From Eledone cirrhosa (Eukaryota), in assembly GCA_964016885.1 (NCBI GenBank), contig OZ024744.1, positions 3,968,001 to 4,032,000 on the forward strand: DNA of 64,000 nucleotides, written 5' to 3'. The notes under the pieces were generated by a model. It was not told the DNA's origin and ran no database searches. It saw only the letters and a list, made by a program, of their open reading frames with translations. Shown here one piece after another: positions 53,601 through 61,700 of the stretch; the first letter of the stretch is position 1, and every line of letters begins with the position of its first letter. The translations under genes and the position numbers were made by a program.

Positions 53601-55726
53601 CTTTGTGAAGAACGACGTTTTGATGAAAGACAAGGTAGAGAAAGATAGCTTGGTGAAGAACGAAGTTTTGGGGGAAGACAAGGTAGAGAAAGATAGCTTG
53701 GTGAAGACCGAAGTTCTGAGGGAAGACAAGGTAGAGAAAGATAGCTTGGTGAAGAACGAGGTTTTGGGAGAAGACAAGGTAGAGAAAGATATCTTGGTGA
53801 AGAACGAAGTTTTGACGGAAGACAAGGTAGAGAAAGATAGCTTGGTGAAGAATGACGTTTTGTGGGAAGACAAGGTAGAGAAAGATAGCTTGGTGAAGAA
53901 CGAAGTTTTGTGTGAAGACAAGGTAGAGAAAGATAGCTTGGTGAAGAACGAAGTTTTGGGGGAAGACAAGGCAGAGAAAGATAGATTGGTGAAGAACGAA
54001 GTTTTGAGGGATGACAAGGTAGAGAAAGATGACTTGGTGTAGAAAGAAGTTTTGGGGGAAGACAAGGTAGAGAAAGATAGCTTGGTGAAGAACGAAGTTT
54101 TGGGGGAAGACAAGGTAGAGAAAGATAGCTTGGTGAAGAACGAAGTTTTGGGGAAGACAAGGTAGAGAAAGATAACTTGGTGAATAACGAAGTTTTGGGA
54201 GAAGACAAGGTAGAGAAAGATAGCTTGGTGAAGAACGATGTTTTGAGGGAAGACAAGGTAGAGAAAGATAGCTTGGTGAAGAACGACGTTTTGAGGGAAG
54301 ACAAGGTAGAGAAAGATAGCTTGGTGAAGAACGAAGTTCTGAGGGAAGACAAGGTAGAGAAAGATAGCTTGGTGAAGAACGAAGTTTTGGGAGAAAACAA
54401 GGTAGAGAAAGATATCTTGGTGAAGAACGAAGTTTCGACGGAAGACAAGGTAGAGAAAGATAGCTTGGTGAAGAATGACGTTTTGTGGGAAGACAAGGTA
54501 GAGAAAGATAGCTTGGTGAAGAACGAAGTTTTGTGTGAAGACAAGCTAGAGAAAGATAGCTTGGTGAAGAACGAAGTTTTGGGGGAAGACAAGGTAGAGA
54601 AAGATAGCTTGGTGAAGAACGAAGTTTTGGGGGAAGACAAGGTAGAGAATGATAGCTTGGTGAAGAACGAAGTTTTGAGGGAAGACAAGGTAGAGAAAGA
54701 TAGCTTGGTGAATAACGAAGTTTTGGGAGAAGACAAGGTAGAGAAAGATAGCTTGGTGAAGAACGATGTTTTGAGGGAAGACAAGGTAGAGAAAGATAGC
54801 TTGGTGAAGAACGACGTTTTGAGGGAAGACAAGGTAGAGAAAGATAGCTTGGTGAAGAACGACGTTTTGTGGGAAGACAAGGTAGAGAAAGATAGCTTGG
54901 TGAAGAACGAAGTTTTGGGGGAAGGCAAGGTAGAGAAAGATAGCTTGCGAAGAACGAAGTTTTGGGGGAAGACAAGGTAGAGAAAGATAGCTTGGTGAAG
55001 AACGAAGTTTTGAGGGAAGACAAGGTAGAGAAAGATAGCTTGGTGAAGAACGACGTTTTGAGGGAAGACAAGTTAGAGAAAGATAGCTTGGTGAAGAACG
55101 AAGTTTTGACGGAAGACAAGGTAGAGAAAGATAGCTTGGTGAAGAATGACGTTTTGTGGGAAGACAAGGTAGAGAAAGATAGCTTGGTGAAGAACGAAGT
55201 TGTGTATGAAGACAAGCTAGAGAAAGATAGCTTGGTGAAGAACGAAGTTTTAGGGGAAGACAAGGTAGAGAAAGATAGCTTGGTGAAGAACGAAGTTTTG
55301 GGGGAAGACAAGGTAGAGAAAGATAGCTTGGTGAAGAACAAAGTTTTGGGGGAAGACAAAGTAGAGAAAGATAGCTTGGTGAAGAACGAAGTTTTGGGGG
55401 AAGACAAGGTAGAGAAAGATAGCTTGGTGAAGAACGAAGTTTTGGGGGAAGACAAGGTAGAGAAAGATAGCTTGGTGAAGAACGACGTTTTGAGGGAAGA
55501 CAAGGTCGTGAAAGATGGCTTGGTGAAGAACGAAGTTTTGGGGAAGACAATGTAGAGAAAGATAGCTTGGTGAAGAACGAAGTTTTGGGGGAAGACAAGG
55601 TAGAGAAAGATAACTTGGTGAAGAACGAAGTTCTGAGGGAAGACAAGGTAGAGAAAGATAGCTTGGTGAAGAACGAAGTTTTGGGAGGAGACAAGGTAGA
55701 GAAAGATATCTTGGTGAAGAACGAAG

Positions 55727-58700
55727 TTTTGACGGAAGACAAGGTAGAGAAAGATAGCTTGGTGAAGAATGACGTTTTGTGGGAAGACAAGGTAGAGAAA
55801 GATAGCTTGGTGAAGAACGAAGTTTTGTGTGAAGACAATCTAGAGAAAGATAGCTTGGTGAAGAACGAAGTTTTGAGGGAAGACAAGGTAGAGAAAGATA
55901 GCTTGGTGAATAACGAAGTTTTGGGAGAAGACAAGGTAGAGAAAGATAGCTTGGTGAAGAACGAAGTTTTGGGGGAAGACAAGGTAGAGAAAGATAGCTT
56001 GGTGAAGAACGAAGTTTTGAGGGAAGACAAGGTAGCGAAAGATAGCTTGGTGAATAACGAAGTTTTGGGGGAAGACAAGGTAGAGAAAGATAGCTTGGTG
56101 AATAACGAAGTTTTGGGAGAAGACAAGGTCGAGAAAGATAGCTTGGTGAAGAACGAAATTTTGAGGGAAGACAAGGTAGAGAAAGATAGCTTGGTGAAGA
56201 ACGACGTTTTGAGGGAAGACAAAATAGAGAAAGATAGCTTGGTGAAGAACGACGTTTTGTGGGATGACAAGGTAGAGAAAGATGACTTGGTGAAGAACGA
56301 AGTTTTGGGGGAAGACAAGGTAGATAAAGATAGCTTGGTGAAGAACGAAGTTTTGGGGGAAGACAAGGTAGAGAAAGATAGCTTGGTGAAGAACGACGTT
56401 TTGAGGGAAGACAAGGTAGAGAAAGATAGCTTGGTGAAGAACGAAGTTTTGGGGAAGACAATGTAGAGAAAGATAGCTTGGTGAAGAACGAAGTTTTGGG
56501 GGAAGACAAGGTAGAGAAAGATAGCTTGGTGAAGAACGAAGTTCTGAGGGAAGACAAGGTAGAGAAAGATAGCTTGGTGAAGAACGACGTTTTGTGGGAA
56601 GACAAGGTAGAGAAAGATATCTTGGTGAAGAACGAAGTTTTGACGGAAGACAAGGTAGAGAAAGATAGCTTGCGAAGAACGAAGTTTTGGGGGAAGACAA
56701 GGTAGAGAAAGATAGCTTGGTGAAGAACGAAGTTTTGGGAGGAGACAAGGTAGAGAAAGATATCTTGGTGAAGAACGAAGTTTTGACGGAAGACAAGGTA
56801 GTGAAAGATAGCTTGGTGAAGAATGACGTTTTGTGGGAAGACAAGGTAGAGAAAGATAGCTTGGTGAAGAACGAAGTTTTGTGTGAAGACAATCTAGAGA
56901 AAGATAGCTTGGTGAAGAACGAAGTTTTGAGGGAAGACAAGGTAGAGAAAGATAGCTTGGTGAATAACGAAGTTTTGGGAGAAGACAAGGTAGAGAAAGA
57001 TAGCTTGGTGAAGAACGAAGTTTTGGGGGAAGACAAGGTAGAGAAAGATAGCTTGGTGAAGAACGAAGTTTTGAGGGAAGACAAGGTAGCGAAATATAGC
57101 TTGGTGAATAACGAAGTTTTGGGGGAAGACAAGGTAGAGAAAGATAGCTTGGTGAATAACGAAGTTTTGGGAGAAGACAAGGTCGAGAAAGATAGCTTGG
57201 TGAAGAACGAAATTTTGAGGCAAGACAAGGTAGAGAAAGATAGCTTGGTGAAGAACGACGTTTTGAGGGAAGACAAAATAGAGAAAGATAGCTTGGTGAA
57301 GAACGACGTTTTGTGGGATGACAAGGTAGAGAAAGATGACTTGGTGAAGAACGAAGTTTTGGGGGAAGACAAGGTAGATAAAGATAGCTTGGTGAAGAAC
57401 GAAGTTTTGGGGGAAGACAAGGTAGAGAAAGATAGCTTGGTGAAGAACGACGTTTTGAGGGAAGACAAGGTAGAGAAAGATAGCTTGGTGAAGAACGAAG
57501 TTTTGGGGAAGACAATGTAGAGGAAGATAGCTTGGTGAAGAACGAAGTTTTGGGGGAAGACAAGGTAGAGAAAGATAGCTTGGTGAAGAACGAAGTTCTG
57601 AGGGAAGACAAGGTAGAGAAAGATAGCTTGGTGAAGAACGACGTTTTGTGGGAAGACAAGGTAGAGAAAGATATCTTGGTGAAGAACGAAGTTTTGACGG
57701 AAGACAAGGTAGAGAAAGATAGCTTGCGAAGAACGAAGTTTTGGGGGAAGACAAGGTAGAGAAAGATAGCTTGGTGAAGAACGAAGTTTTGTGGGAGGAC
57801 AAGGTAGAGAAAGATAGCTTGGTGAAGAACGACGTTTTGAGGGAAGACAAGGTAGAGAAAGATAGCTTGGTGAAGAACGAAGTTTTGAAGGAAGACAAGG
57901 TAGAGAAAGATAGCTTGGTGAAGAATGACGTTTTGTGGGAAGACAAGGTAGAGAAAGATAGCTTGGTGAAGAACGAAGTTTTGAGGGAAGACAAGGTAGA
58001 GAAAGATAGCTTGGTGAATAACGAAGTTTTGGGGGAAGACAAGGTCGAAAAAGATAGCTTGGTGAAGAACGAAGTTTTGAGGGAAGACAAGGTAGAGAAA
58101 GATAGCTTGGTGAAGAACGAAGTTTTGGGGGAAGACAAGGTAGAGAAAGATAGCTTGGTGAAGAACGAAGTTTTGAGGGAAGACAAGGTAGAGAAAGATA
58201 GCTTGGTGAAGAACGACGTTTTGTGGGAAGACAAGGTAGAGAAAGATAGCTTGGTGAAGAACGAAGTTTTGGGGGAAGACAAGGTAGAGAAAGATAGCTT
58301 GGTGAAGAACGAAGTTTTGAGGGAAGACAAAGTAGAGAAAGATAGCTTGGTGGAGAACGAAGTTTTGTGGGAGGACAAGGTAGAGAAAGATAGCTTGGTG
58401 AAGAACGAAGTTTTGGGGGAAGACAAGGTAGAGAAAGATAGCTTGGTGAAGAACGAAGTTTTGGGGGAAGACGAGGTAGAGAAAGATAGCTTGGTGAACA
58501 ACGAAGTTTTGGGGGAAGACAAGGTAGAGAAAGATAGCTTGGTGAAGAACGAAGTTTTGGGGAAGACAATGTAGAGAAAGATAGCTTGGTGAAGAACGAA
58601 GTTTTGGGGAAGACAAGGTAGAGAAAGATAGCTTGGTGAAGAACGATGTTTTGAGGGAAGACAAGGTAGAGAAAGATAGCTTGGTGAAGAACGAAGTTTT

Positions 58701-61700
58701 GAAGGAAGACAAGGTAGAGAAAGATAGCTTGGTGAAGAATGACGTTTTGTGGGAAGACAAGGTAGAGAAAGATAGCTTGGTGAAGAACGAAGTTTTGAGG
58801 GAAGACAAGGTAGAGAAAGATAGCTTGGTGAATAACGAAGTTTTGGGGGAAGACAAGGTCGAAAAAGATAGCTTGGTGAAGAACGAAGTTTTGAGGGAAG
58901 ACAAGGTAGAGAAAGATAGCTTGGTGAAGAACGAAGTTTTGGGGGAAGACAAGGTAGAGAAAGATAGCTTGGTGAAGAACGAAGTTTTGAGGGAAGACAA
59001 GGTAGCGAAAGATAGCTTACTGAATAACGAAGTTTTGGGGGAAGACAAGGTAGAGAAAGATAGCTTGGTGAAGAACGAAGTTCTGAGGGAAGACAAGGTA
59101 GAGAAAGATAGCTTGGTGAAGAACGACGTTTTGTGGGAAGACAAGGTAGAGAAAGATATCTTGGTGAAGAACGAAGTTTTGACGGAAGACAAGGTAGAGA
59201 AAGATAGCTTGCGAAGAACGAAGTTTTGGGGGAAGACAAGGTAGAGAAAGATAGCTTGGTGAAGAACGAAGTTTTGTGGGAGGACAAGGTAGAGAAAGAT
59301 AGCTTGGTGAAGAACGACGTTTTGAGGGAAGACAAGGTAGAGAAAGATAGCTTGGTGAAGAACGAAGTTTTGAAGGAAGACAAGGTAGAGAAAGATAGCT
59401 TGGTGAAGAATGACGTTTTGTGGGAAGACAAGGTAGAGAAAGATAGCTTGGTGAAGAACGAAGTTTTGAGGGAAGACAAGGTAGAGAAAGATAGCTTGGT
59501 GAAGAACGACGTTTTGTGGGAAGACAAGGTAGAGAAAGATAGCTTGGTGAAGAACGAAGTTTTGGGGGAAGACAAGGTAGAGAAAGATAGCTTGGTGAAG
59601 AACGAAGTTTTGAGGGAAGACAAAGTAGAGAAAGATAGCTTGGTGGAGAACGAAGTTTTGTGGGAGGACAAGGTAGAGAAAGATAGCTTGGTGAAGAACG
59701 AAGTTTTGGGGGAAGACAAGGTAGAGAAAGATAGCTTGGTGAAGAACGAAGTTTTGGGGGAAGACGAGGTAGAGAAAGATAGCTTGGTGAACAACGAAGT
59801 TTTGGGGGAAGACAAGGTAGAGAAAGATAGCTTGGTGAAGAACGAAGTTTTGGGGAAGACAATGTAGAGAAAGATAGCTTGGTGAAGAACGAAGTTTTGG
59901 GGAAGACAAGGTAGAGAAAGATAGCTTGGTGAAGAACGATGTTTTGAGGGAAGACAAGGTAGAGAAAGATAGCTTGGTGAAGAACGAAGTTTTGAAGGAA
60001 GACAAGGTAGAGAAAGATAGCTTGGTGAAGAATGACGTTTTGTGGGAAGACAAGGTAGAGAAAGATAGCTTGGTGAAGAACGAAGTTTTGAGGGAAGACA
60101 AGGTAGAGAAAGATAGCTTGGTGAATAACGAAGTTTTGGGGGAAGACAAGGTCGAAAAAGATAGCTTGGTGAAGAACGAAGTTTTGAGGGAAGACAAGGT
60201 AGAGAAAGATAGCTTGGTGAAGAACGAAGTTTTGGGGGAAGACAAGGTAGAGAAAGATAGCTTGGTGAAGAACGAAGTTTTGAGGGAAGACAAGGTAGCG
60301 AAAGATAGCTTACTGAATAACGAAGTTTTGGGGGAAGACAAGGTAGAGAAAGATAGCTTGGTGAAGAACGAAGTTTTGAAGGAAGACAAAATAGAGAAAG
60401 ATAGCTTGGTGAAGAACGACGTTTTGTGGGATGACAAGGTAGAGAAAGATGACTTGGTGAAGAACGAAGTTTTGGGGGAAGACAAGGTAGATAAAGATAG
60501 CTTGGTGAAGAACGAAGTTTTGGGGGAAGACAAGGTAGAGAAAGATAGCTTGGTGAAGAACGACGTTTTGAGGGAAGACAAGGTAGAGAAAGATAGCTTG
60601 GTGAAGAACGAAGTTTTGGGGAAGACAATGTAGAGAAAGATAGCTTGGTGAAGAACGAAGTTTTGGGGGAAGACAAGGTAGAGAAAGATAGATTGGTGAA
60701 GAACGGAGTTCTGAGGGAAGACAAGGTAGAGAAAGATAGCTTGGTGAAGAACGACGTTTTGTGGGAAGACAAGGTAGAGAAAGATATCTTGGTGAAGAAC
60801 GAAGTTTTGACGGAAGACAAGGTAGAGAAAGATAGCTTGCGAAGAACGAAGTTTTGGGGGAAGACAAGGTAGAGAAAGATAGCTTGGTGAAGAACGAAGT
60901 TTTGTGGGAGGACAAGGTAGAGAAAGATAGCTTGGTGAAGAACGACGTTTTGAGGGAAGACAAGGTAGAGAAAGATAGCTTGGTGAAGAACGAAGTTTTG
61001 AAGGAAGACAAAATAGAGAAAGATAGCTTGGTGAAGAACGACGTTTTGTGGGATGACAAGGTAGAGAAAGATGACTTGGTGAAGAACGAAGTTTTGGGGG
61101 AAGACAAGGTAGATAAAGATAGCTTGGTGAAGAACGAAGTTTTGGGGGAAGACAAGGTAGAGAAAGATAGCTTGGTGAAGAACGATGTTTTGACGGAAGA
61201 CAAGGTAGAGAAAGATAGCTTGGTGAAGAATGACGTTTTGTGGGAAGACAAGGTAGAGAAAGATAGCTTGGTGAAGAACGAAGTTTTGTGTGAAGACAAT
61301 CTAGAGAAAGATAGCTTGGTGAAGAACGAAGTTTTGAGGGAAGACAAGGTAGAGAAAGATAGCTTGGTGAATAACGAAGTTTTGGGAGAAGACAAGGTAG
61401 AGAAAGATAGCTTGGTGAAGAACGAAGTTTTGGGGGAAGACAAGGTAGAGAAAGATAGCTTGGTGAAGAACGAAGTTTTGAGGGAAGACAAGGTAGCGAA
61501 AGATAGCTTGGTGAATAACGAAGTTTTGGGGGAAGACAAGGTAGAGAAAGATAGCTTGGTGAATAACGAAGTTTTGGGAGAAGACAAGGTCGAGAAAGAT
61601 AGCTTGGTGAAGAACGAAATTTTGAGGGAAGACAAGGTAGAGAAAGATAGCTTGGTGAAGAACGACGTTTTGAGGGAAGACAAAATAGAGAAAGATAGCT

